53,277 nucleotides of DNA from Porphyridium purpureum. Its lineage: Eukaryota. Each line of letters opens with the position of its first letter. Position 1 is the stretch's first letter. A model generated the notes under the pieces. It was not told the DNA's origin. It ran no database searches and saw only the letters and a program-made list of their open reading frames with translations. The DNA lies in NCBI GenBank assembly GCA_008690995.1, contig VRMN01000029.1, forward strand, positions 1 to 53,277, in the 5' to 3' direction. Shown here piece after piece: positions 23,938-34,900 of the stretch. Position numbers and translations under genes: made by a program.

Positions 23938-24232
23938 TGTCACGAACGGCATGGGCGTGTCCAGCAAATCGGGGGCCTCTGCTTATGATGCACCGGAACC
24001 ACGCACGCGCGGGTCTCGTCCGCGAACAGGGTATAAAACGACAAGCTCGTCGACAACGAGTGAGCTTTAGTAGTTTAGAAGACGAAACAGAGAGATGATA
24101 AAGAGTACAAAACAAGATATTGTATCGTTCTAGGATTGAGTTCCTTGCACCAGTCGATTAAGTTCAACCGTGCAAACCCAGCACAGCTGGGATATAGTTT
24201 CTCATCTCTCACGTATCCCGTGATTCACAACA
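23938..24232 (+). mobile_element. Probable degenerate solo LTR
   Basis: TGT...ACA ends. GGTATAAAA, TAGTTTAGA and CTCATCTCTCAC occur in the same order as in the copia LTR. The TSD is only partial (GCTCG/GCCGG). Confidence 0.5.
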
Positions 24233-24752
24233 GCCGGCGTATGCTGACACTGGACACCCGACGGGCGGGTGTACACTGTACCGCGCGGTACAGTACTGCG
24301 CGTGTCCGCTGGCCGGCTGCGCGTCCAGGCGGGCAGGCGAGGATGCACCCCGGGTCCCTTCCACGTCAACCGCTGCTGTGTGTGGGTTGTCGGTAACGAT
24401 GCTCGTGAAGTGGGAAGTGAGCGTGTCAGGGAGAGCGAGATTGACCGGATGGGTGGGATTGGTGGTATGGGTGGGATTGGTGGTATCCGTGCGATTGGTA
24501 GAAAAGGTGGGAGTGGTGAGATTGACGGGATGGCTGGGTTTGTGGGATGGGAAGAGGAGGAATGAGGGAAAGAGGAGACTGACGTTGGTCGGAGAAGACA
24601 GGTTGAGGAGCACGACGGCTGCGCGGGGCGTTGGGGTCTGGGGGTCTACGAGGGGTGGGCGTGTTTGTGTCTGTGCAGAGGATGCGGCGGGGACGACGTG
24701 CAGGCATTTGCGGGTCGCGGGCCTCGTTGTGCTGGGCGTGCTGGGCGCGCTG

Positions 24753-26315
24753 ATGATGATGGCGGTGTGCGCACCGGCGAGCGCGCTCGTACAGCATAGT
24801 GCACGCGGCGGCGCGCAACGTGTGCGAGTGGAGCGCGCGGTGGTGCGGCGGGAGGATGACGATGGGGACGCCGACGACGAAGACAGGAATGATGGCCTGG
24901 ATCAAATCACCTGGTCAAAGGAGGAGCTCAAGGAAGCGTTCTTCTTGCAATTCGTCTCCTTCACGAATGACGCCGAATCCTGGCTCAACAATGTGGTGTA
25001 CAGCGACGGCAAAATGGAGGGTATGTTCGCGTCATGCACCAAGGAGAAGGCCGCGGCACTGGATGCAGAGTCGTGCTACATGTTCAATGCAAACGTCGAG
25101 ACCATTTATGGCGAATTCTTCACCGAGGCGGAGCTCGACAACTACAAGTTTAAGGAGCCGGTTCTCACGAGCATCGCGAATGGCGGCCCGGCGCCTACGA
25201 TTGACGAGTTTGTCTTGGACGTCGAGGAGATGGAGGGTATTTTCTCCGGCACCTTCGATTGCAAGATGGAACACAGGGATAAAGTGTTTGCATTCGAGGT
25301 GTCCTTCCAGATTCTGGACGACTATTCAATCACGTTCTATGTGCTCAAGACTTGTGGTGGTGGTGCAAATGCGGATATCAAGTTGGGTTACCTCAACAAA
25401 CATAGAGATTTGGTTGCGTTCGACGCAAACAAGCCGCTCTCAGTGCCCGGTACAATATCTACCACGACGGTTTTTATGTATTTGGATAGCGAGACGGCAG
25501 AAGTGGCGTACAAAAGGCCAACCGTACAGGTAGACGATCCATCCGTTGTCAGAATCAAACTGCGGCAGGGTTCGACGGGTGGCGTGCTCACGTCGGTACC
25601 CACGTTTATTGACGTCTGGTACGATTGCTTGGCTCGAAAGAAGACGATGATCTCCTTGACAGTGTCGATGCCTCCATACGAAGACGTGATCATGAAGTGG
25701 GAGAAGGACTGCAACATTGCCGACCAGATCACGATGAGCATCGGCACCACCTCGGATAGCGCGAATGTGTACGATAGCGGGAAGACTGGTGCGGCGTTTG
25801 GCGTTGTTTACAGCAACTTGGACGAAATCGACAACGCACATTATACAGTGCCTGTGGGCAAGACTTCGATCATGTTTTTCTTGGCTAACAACTTTCCAAG
25901 TGAAGGTGATGGCGTTGACATTTCCATCGGAAGAATTGTTGTCACCAAGAGTAACCCGCTCGTGCTGGGTGCGGTGGTGGCACCGAATCCAAAGTCGCCC
26001 ATTCGGCCCTCGGGAGGTGTCTTGGCGTCCGGAGATTCAGCGATCATCACGGTCAACTTCATTTGCAAGCGCGCCGGTCGGTCCAACGTTCTTGTGACAC
26101 TTCCCATTGTTGACGGCAAAAATATCGAGTTTGGATTCACCAAACTGTGCGAAAACTCACAAAAGGTCAAGGAAGAGGGATTTCTGGTCACTGTGTCGTC
26201 TTCCTTTTACCTGATGATATTCGCCGGTGTTGTCGCGCTCGGTGTGGTCATGTTTGGCGGCAAAAAGGCGTACGACGCTTTCAAGGCTAAAGCCATGGGG
26301 TATGCCCAGACCTGA
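24753..26315 (+). CDS. Uncharacterised type-I membrane protein with three Cys-bracketed beta-rich repeats
   Basis: Long clean ORF with a hydrophobic N-terminus, three C..KxC-ending modules, a C-terminal TM segment (FYLMIFAGVVALGVVMFG) and a short basic tail. The true start may lie upstream (about 24682, with a frameshift). Confidence 0.75.
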   Translation: MMMAVCAPASALVQHSARGGAQRVRVERAVVRREDDDGDADDEDRNDGLDQITWSKEELKEAFFLQFVSFTNDAESWLNNVVYSDGKMEGMFASCTKEKAAALDAESCYMFNANVETIYGEFFTEAELDNYKFKEPVLTSIANGGPAPTIDEFVLDVEEMEGIFSGTFDCKMEHRDKVFAFEVSFQILDDYSITFYVLKTCGGGANADIKLGYLNKHRDLVAFDANKPLSVPGTISTTTVFMYLDSETAEVAYKRPTVQVDDPSVVRIKLRQGSTGGVLTSVPTFIDVWYDCLARKKTMISLTVSMPPYEDVIMKWEKDCNIADQITMSIGTTSDSANVYDSGKTGAAFGVVYSNLDEIDNAHYTVPVGKTSIMFFLANNFPSEGDGVDISIGRIVVTKSNPLVLGAVVAPNPKSPIRPSGGVLASGDSAIITVNFICKRAGRSNVLVTLPIVDGKNIEFGFTKLCENSQKVKEEGFLVTVSSSFYLMIFAGVVALGVVMFGGKKAYDAFKAKAMGYAQT

Positions 26316-28829
26316 CACGGCACGAAAGTCGTTTGAATCTCCTGATTATTACAGTCCTTCCAGCTTTTGCAACATATGTCTTGTGCTCTCAAAATGTAGG
26401 AAGGGAATGATCTTCAGACAGATTGCAAGGTAGAAGCGGGCAAGCGCACCGATTCCGATTTACACGAAAAGACTTGAACAGCAGAAGCGGACCCTTTCCC
26501 AATGGAAAGAAAATTGCGAAGACAAAAACTACCTTTTCCCCTGCTTCTCTGCAATCGGGAAAGCACGTTCATTCATCTCGTCATTCGTGAACTTTTTCCT
26601 CGGCGAGCAAGCGAGGACAAAGGCAGAAGACTGAGAGATTATCTATTTGTTCGACGAACGACTGCCACGGGCACCAAAAAGACGGTCGCTGACTTGCAGC
26701 TGCTGGCCAACCTCCATTCAACTAGAAGCCGCTTGATATGCTCTCGGTCAAAGCGTCCTGCGTCGAGGACCACCTGTCTTTCCTTCTGCTTGCATCGAGG
26801 CTCCGGTACATGCAAGACACAACGCGCAATTTTCAAAGCGTTCTTCGCTTTCCCAGACCATCTGCCTGATCGGTGATGAAACGAGTCTCGCTCAGCACCA
26901 GCACCTCAAAGCGGGCACACTTGCATTGCGGAGGAGCCGTTTCCTATGGAGATCAGAATCATAGGCGTGTCGTCGCATGGATCCGCGCAGTTGACGGCTG
27001 CATCAAGCCCACAAGCAGTTGGACCGCGTTTCATTGGTTCCTTGTGCTCAGCTTTTCGTAGAATGCCCAGACCGAAGCAGTGTCCTGACCTGGAGAAACG
27101 TGGCGCACGCATCATGTTAACTTGTTGAGATATCTACAATGTTCCAATACACTAGCAACCAGTCCACAGACTCTTCCAAACAGTTCGGCGAAGCTCACAT
27201 CAATGGCGTATGAATACAAGCATTCCACTCAGCCTGGCAGGCGTCCATGTCTAGAAACTCAACGATGTACGCGCCGTGGCCACGATTCTTAGCAATATGC
27301 AACTTTATGTATCCCGACCGACTCCTAGCGATTGCATCTGTAAATCAGTCAAGAGCAACTTCATGCAGCGCAGGTGAATCAACCCCAAATGCTCGTTCCA
27401 GCTGGTGATTTATGAAGTGCGACCAAAACTGTTGAAATATGTTGAAAATGGCTCGTCGTTCGCGCAATTCGCCACTCGGCCTCCGTGCCCGGCGCACCGC
27501 GCAGGCTCTCTGCCTTCGCCGGAGATTCTCTCAAGTAAACTAATGGAGCACCGTTTGCTTCTATACCTTCAGCCAAAAACCTCTGCCTCTATGTCTCTTG
27601 CCTCTCGCGTCTTCCGTGCGCTCCACTCGCCCTTTTATGCTCATCGTCTTTACGGGAAACCATGCAATCCGAAACCGTGTAGTCCGAAACCGTGCCACCT
27701 GAAACTGTGCCTCTTGAGTTGGAGTGGGTTGTCGAATTCCAACAAAAATTGGCACACACAAAGACATAGCTTCATAAACCGGCGGTCTATGAAAGTCAGT
27801 CAGGCCGGGCGGTTGATTCAGTTCTGACGGGCATTACGGCCGCACTCGAGCGTGATCACAAGGTCGCTTCATTCGCTTTTTTCGTGCACCGTTCGTCAAG
27901 TTTGTGGTCCAGGAAAGCAAGGCGAGGAAGGCGTAGGTGAGGAGTCGTCTGGGAGTTCAGTGTCGTCGGCTCGTGTGCTTCCGAAAATAGCTACAGAGAC
28001 CGGGGAGCGAGATGCGGCGCAGCACGAGGACAACAACCCAGATGTGGCGCATGCGGAGCGCACCGAAGCGGGCAAGAGGAAACCTATGCCGCGTGGGTGT
28101 AGATATTCGTTGGTGTTTCCACTTGCGTGTTTTAGCGAAGCTGAGGGGGACGATACGAAAGACTCATTGGATGGCTCTTTCGTCAGCCCATGCACTGAAT
28201 GTGGAAAGATGGGCGGCATTGGGAGCGTCCTACGTGCCCATGAGCCTGAGACTGATCAAGTGATTCTGACTGAAGTGGAAAAAGGAAGGCGACTCGGTGA
28301 GCGCGGAAGGTGAGCCGCCGCCATCCGACGAAGCGACTCCCTGCTCATCCACGTGACCCAGCCAAGGCGCCTAAGCGGGGCATTGAGCTGCAGTCAGCTG
28401 GTGTTGTCGTCGCTCCTGACGTACCGACTACTGCTGCAACCTTGACTTCTGAACCGGGCCCCTTTGACGGGCCTCTCGTCGGTTCCCTTCAGAGCCATGA
28501 CTGGTGAAGAAAATAAGTTTGCTTAAGTGGCAGGAAGCACACCGGCACCTGAAAAAGGACGGCACTACGGTAGCACTGGAGACGGCAACAGCGTCGACTG
28601 TACAGATAATATCGAGAAGCGCTTGGAACGTTATGGGCACCTACATGGGTGAAAAGATGCGATCTTCGCGGCAGACATTGTGTAGCCGGCAGATGAGGTG
28701 TACGACGGCGTGACCCTGGCGGCATCCCCTTACCGGCAGATTGCGATCAAGGAGGCGGCGCGTCTGGCATGTCCTGAGGAAATGTAGTCGGAGTTTCATT
28801 CGAGGGCGCCTTGTTCAAAAGCTTGAGCT

Positions 28830-29320
28830 CAGGTTTCCGCGTGTTCATATCCCCTGCTATCAAAACCGCTGCCTTGTGTCCCAGCAGCGAGGTCATCAGT
28901 GACAGCTGTTCGAGTCGCGTGCTTGCAACCTTCCTTGAAGGGTTCCAAGTGCACGTTTACGAGAAACAGAAGCTCCTCTAGATTTAGTTTCAAGACAAGC
29001 CCCAACTCAAGTTCGGAGCCTGCTTGCTCTGGCAGCTGCATCTTGCCGAACGGATCGCGCGGCCCAAAGAGGATCTCTTCCGACTCCATTCCAATATACG
29101 TCACAATGTGCTCACAGTGACTGACAACTACTGTGTCTACTGCGCAACAATTACTCACATGGAATCCAGCCCCGCCGTTCGGAACTTCTTGCAGGTGTAC
29201 GCGGTCTGGCTGATGCACATGTTTGAATGCAGCAAGGTGTAGTTTAGAGTCAACAGCGTTCTACCCGGGTGGTGCCTGAGCAGACCGCTCGAACCTAGCC
29301 ACGTTGTACGATAGGATGCA
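28830..29320 (-). pseudogene. Degraded endonuclease/exonuclease/phosphatase (TDP2-like) gene
   Basis: ILSYNVA, VHLQEV and LVNVHLEP motifs typical of the EEP fold, interrupted by stops. Confidence 0.6.
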
Positions 29321-29815
29321 CAGTTTGAGCGGCTCCCTTGTGTGCTCCCCTTGCGCTGTGAGAAGCCCGCGACAGTCGGCCGTCGTTTGGTCACTTCCAA
29401 ATCGCTCGCGCGACACCAAGACCTGTTCTCGGCATCGCGATCAATGACTCACTCGCACAACGACAGTCGTGAAGCCGCAAACACGGGCGCTGTTGCAGCG
29501 CGTCAAGTGCGACCCAGCAAGCCGTTTTTCGCGTTCGGAGCTCTAGCTGCACAGATGCGTCGAGGGGAACTACAACCAGTCCGCAACACAGATTTCAGGG
29601 TCGCTGTGACACCGAAAGCGGACGTATACCTAGCACCCGCGTGAGCATCCAGAGATATGCAGCCACAGCCCCACGACAGCCCAAGTGCGCCAAGCACACG
29701 CTCCCCAATTCAAGGCACCAAACCAGGGCACCACGAGCATCTGCACACATGAACGAACAAAAAGCAAGCGCACGCATCAATGAACATCTGAGGTACAGCA
29801 TTCTGCGATTCAAGT

Positions 29816-31287
29816 GTACTCAATTTTTAAAGTGCGGACAAATAGGATAGGACCCCCCCAAGTTTTTCTGGACTTTATAATAAATTCGATCGTTTTACTA
29901 TATAAGGCGGTGTTCTCCACTGGAGGTACAGTGAAAAGCGCGCACAAAAAGGATAGGACCGGGAACAATATCAGCGACAATCCAAGGCTGCGCGCGGACA
30001 GGCGGCACAAATTTTGATCTTCGTGTGCGCTCATGTGCGACACAATCGCTCAGGTACCATGCGACGCAAATGCGGACTCTCAGAGCGCGGAAAAAGAGCC
30101 ATTTTGGCCTTCAAGCCAGCATGCGACGCTCTGCAGGGAATATCGCGTAAGATAAACCACCCCGGTGGCGCAATTCGCTGCTTCTCAGCAGGTCCTGATG
30201 CCTACAGTCTCAAGTACACTTCCACCAACCCGTCGAAGCTCGCGCCGGCCGTTGTGGAAGGGATCACGAATAGTGAAAGTTTGAGCGGGCTTTTCAAAAG
30301 GCGTGACCGGTAGCCGAGGATCTGCTCCTGCGAAGGAACAAAAATTGCATCATGGACCACAGTCCGGAGCGCAATGCACCAGCAATATGCCTTTCATCGT
30401 GTGGTGAATAATCTGTCTTTTGACACTCGACCGAAAGCTAGCAAGACTTGATTGTGCCAGAGCTCAAACGTCGTTTCGTGAAAAGTGAAAAAAGATTCTT
30501 TCTTCTGACGGGAAAAGGTTCGATTTCGATGTGCTCAGATGTCTTTCACGCCGCATGGTCAAATGAGGTGGACGATACTCATTCGTGCTGGTCTAATTAT
30601 ACTGCGGGAGAAGCATCATGATCTGGGGCAAAATTTTGAGCTGTAAACGTTTGTGTTTGCACATTGGTGAAGGCAGAGTGAGTGCAGATAGGTACGTGCG
30701 CATGTTGCAGGGCAAAGAGAAGCTTCAGAAACGCCGCGATTTAGAGAACCATGGCTTCATATGGGTGAAAGAAAATACGAAGCGGCAAACTGCTGACCAA
30801 GAAGGCAGCACTTTCGAAGCAGCCATGTCCACATTATGGAGTGGTTTGAGTACTTTTCAGACTTCAGCATGGTTGCAAACGTCTGAGGAATACAGACCGC
30901 AAGATTATTGGGGACCAAAGGCAGTACGCGACCGTGGATCGGCTAAAGAGTGCTGTTTTTGCTGCGCAAGGCGCTGTTGAGCTGGCTAGCTTCAACATAC
31001 TGCATTTGTCAGTGGAAAATCGAATGTGGAGATGTGCGCAACGTCAGCGTGCATAGGTGGGAGGCAATCCGAGTCGATTTCGCCTGCGCCTTGCTGCGCA
31101 ATTGCACGCACAAAGTTGGGGGTCCTATCCTATTTGACCATCTTTTTTGTCCTTTTTCCGTGCCCTTCTTCCGTTTCTTGTCCTTTTCATACTAAAACAC
31201 TTTATTTTTAATATAAAACTCTGAAATTGAGTATAAAATTGTGGGGGGTCCTATCCATTCTGATCGCACTTTAACGGATTCGCTGTA
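29816..31287 (+). mobile_element. Degenerate Tc1/Tc3-like DNA transposon
   Basis: Imperfect TIRs (TTAAAGTGCG..GGATAGGACCCCCC / GGGGGGTCCTATCC..CGCACTTTAA), right end CTG-TA. Transposase remnants: MRRKCGLSERGKRAILA..ISRKI (HTH), SDGKRFDFD and SIMIWG. Confidence 0.7.
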
Positions 31288-31974
31288 CTTATTCTTTAAT
31301 TCAGACAGCCGCTCGCGATCCATCAAATGGGCGTCTTGTAATAATAATCGCGCATGCTCCTTCCACGCGACCCTAACGGCCCCGCGCTGTACCCCGCACC
31401 TCCACAAAAATTGCGAATCCGCGCTGCTGAGTGATAAACTCAGCCCAAGTCCCCTCGAAACTCGCGGCAGCTACGAAAAACAGGCGCTGAGCGCACAGGC
31501 AAAAGGCGCGCCGATGTGACCTGCTTTGGAAGGGAGAAAAACGAAGGAGGGAATAACAGTTTCTTCATTGACGTACAAGGAATGAGCAGCTGACAAATTA
31601 GACATGATGCCATATTTTCGGGACAGCGCGCCGTCTGTCGCGCAAGGCGCTGTGGATTGGTGATGTGCGTTTCCAGGCACCGAACTGTGAGTCTTTCTGC
31701 GCGGGCTGAGTCGCTTCCATAAACCGACGCGTCGGGATAAGCTCAACAGGCATAAAACCGGGTCTGCGTCGCTCGGTTACAGTGTGAGGATATGGAAGAG
31801 ACGAAAAGGAAAACGAAGGAACGCTTGTGCGGGTTCGCATCGCAAAACCGGCTTCCGTCTGTGGACTTGATCACCTTTTAGTGGATAGCTTGTGCCAGGT
31901 GCTCGCGGTTAGTGACAAGAGAGTGTCTGTCGGCGTCGTCAGCCCGGTGAGACGAGCAACCGACGCAAGGAGAT

Positions 31975-34900
31975 ATGGCGATGGCCAATCGAACCGAGTG
32001 GGCGGACGGTCTCAAAGTAGGAGGCGCACTAGCCGATGACGTCGGGGAACTGATTCCGTTTGTACATACCATTTACACGGTCACCAAGATCATTGTAGAT
32101 TATGTGCAGGCTGCGCAGGCGAATCACAAATCTTGTGGAAAGCTTGCCGAGCGGGCCTCAAGCATCTCGAACACCCTGCGTACATATTTTGGCACCGAAG
32201 ACGAAGCATGTACTATTAGTACGAATCATGGGAAGGATGCTAGTATGGTCGAGTGCATAAGTGAGCTAGAGTCTGAACTGCAGGCTGCATGCGCTCTGGT
32301 GAAGAGGTTTTCTAGTCCAGACAAGTGGACCGGAAAAACGCTTCGCGCCTTGAAGGCAAAAAATTTTCAGGGCGAGTTTTTGACGTGCGAAGCACGCCTC
32401 GTCGAGCTCGAGAGACGATTGTCTCAGATTATCATATTCAGAATGTCGCACGTTCAGAAGCGGGACAACCAAGTCATCGTTGGTAAATTGGAAGCCGCTA
32501 TGCGCAAGTTGGAAGCCGTCCCTCACGAGATGGTTCGTGCTCTTGAAGTGGACAGACAGCGCGACACGACGAAACTTGAGAACAAGCTTCAATCTCGTCC
32601 GGAGAAAGTCCCTGTGCTGAGCATGCACGGCGTGGATGTGAAAATTACCAGTTCGTTCTTACACGCGGCGAATTCTGGGCGTGCGTCAAATGGGCCCGAA
32701 GGAAGTGAACCTTGGTATGTTGAGGCGGCACTCGCTGAAAAGCATCAAATTGTCGAAGGCACGAGGGTAACATTCATCCCTCTCGGTGGCGGTGGCTACG
32801 GGAACGTTTTTCACGGCACGTTCATGGGTCAGGAAGTAGCCATTAAAGAGATCAGGTCCACAGGCGACAAGGCGCTGGCTGTGCTAAGGAACGAGGTGGG
32901 CATCATGTGGAGGCTGTCACACGAAAACGTAGTACAGACGCGTGGCGGGTTTTACCCACGCACGGGAGTGAAAGCTCACGAACATGAAAGCCCATTTATT
33001 CTGCTCGAATACGCTCAGAAGGGCTCACTTGAAAAGTTCATTTTCCACAAGAGCGGAAACAGCCTGCTATCTCGCGAAGAACTGCTCAGAATCTTTCGAT
33101 GCATTCTAGATGGCATGAAGTACTTGCATGGGAACAAGATCAATCATCGCGATATGAAACCCAAGAGTGTCCTACTCATGGACGACTGGACTCCAAAGAT
33201 CAGCGATTTCGGGCTGGCTACCGTGAATAACTCGTGTTCTTTTGCAAACACAATGCTCGGTACCAGCGGTTACATGGCACCCGAGGTTATCCGTAGTGAC
33301 CAATACGACCGCTCCTGCGATGTGTGGTCGTATGGCGTCATGTTGTTCGAAATGATGCTCGGCGAGACGATGTTTGAGAGCCGATACACGGTTGTCCACA
33401 TTTCAAAGATTCTCGAAGATCCGAAGCGAGGTGTGCCGTGGGACAGACTGAACAAGTCGGAGTACGCAAAACAATGGCCGTCTTGGGTTGTGAAAATAGC
33501 GAGGGCGTGCCTGCAGACCACGCGGGAGAAGCGCCCGACCGTATCGGATATATGGCTGGAGTTTTATAATAATATGGGTGCGGAGGGCGCCACTGCGGCT
33601 GTACAGTTGCAGACCGCTCAGTACTCTGTGTCCCCATCCGGCCCCAGTACAGAAAAGGTTGATGCGTTGGCAGGAAAACTTTCGCAGGTCACGGTCACAT
33701 CTGGTCGGTCAAAAACCTCATCGTCAACCGCCGGAGGCAGTTCGGCGGGGCCAAGTGGATCCCGTCCGGTGCCGGCGCCAGAGCTGAGTGCCGATGATAA
33801 GCTCCGTTACGCAGAGGGATGGGAGAAAGCAGGAAACATGGCGCACGCGTACGAGTATTTCAAGCTAGCAGCGGAAGCAGGTGCCGCGGAAGGCCAGTTC
33901 CGGCTAGGCCAGATTTTGCTCGACGGCTCGCACGGTATGGACCAGCACTTGGAGCATGGCGCGGACTGGGTGCGCGCAGCTGCTGAGAAAGAACATATGG
34001 ATGCCATGATTGAGTATGGCCGCTGCCACCACGCTGGGCGGGGAGTGCCACAGAACTTGAGATTTGCGAAGGAGTGGTATGCCAAGGCCGCGAAGCTCGG
34101 CAGCCCGGCGGGGTCTGAATGGTTCAAGGCGGTGGAGACCGAAGAGCAAACAGCGCTAAGACGGCAACAGAATGAGGCTCAGAAGAGGCGGCTTGAAGAG
34201 GACAAGAAGAAAGCGGAGCGCGATCGGCAGGCTCTAGAGCACGCAGCCGCCGTCCGTCGGGCAGCCGCAGAGGAACACGAGCGCCTCGAGAAGGAAGCGC
34301 ACGACCTTGCCGCGCGCCGCGATGCGGAAGCTTCTGCTGCGCGGAAGCGTGAGGAAGAGGCCGCCGCCGCGGTGGAGCAAGCGCGGCGCGAGAATGAGGC
34401 GCGAGAGCTAGCCGCACGGCGCGCTGCCGCCGCGGAGCAAGCGCGGCGCGAGAAGGAGGCGCGAGAACTTGCCGCACAACGCGCCGCTGCCGCTGCGGAG
34501 CAGGCGCGCCGCGACGCCGCAGACTGGCAGCAACGTGGCCAGACCGAGGAGTTCACCAACAAGAATCTCACGGCAGCGCTGGAGTGGTACCGCAAGGCGG
34601 CGCACGTGGGAGACGCCTACTCGCAGTGTCAGCTGGGCTATTTTTATGACATGGGTTTGGGCGGGCTGCCGCAGGACAAGCGCGCGGCGGTCGAGTGGTA
34701 CCGCAAGGCCGCGGAACAGGGAAACGCAGCGGCGCAGAGTAATTTGGGTCTTTGTTACGACAACGGGCGGGGCGGGCTGCCGCAGGACAAGCGCGCGGCG
34801 GTCGAGTGGTACCGCAAGGCCGCGGAACAGGGGTACGCAAACGCGCAGTGTCTTTTGGGCGTTTGTTACAGCAACGGGGAGGGCGGGCTGCCGCAGGACA

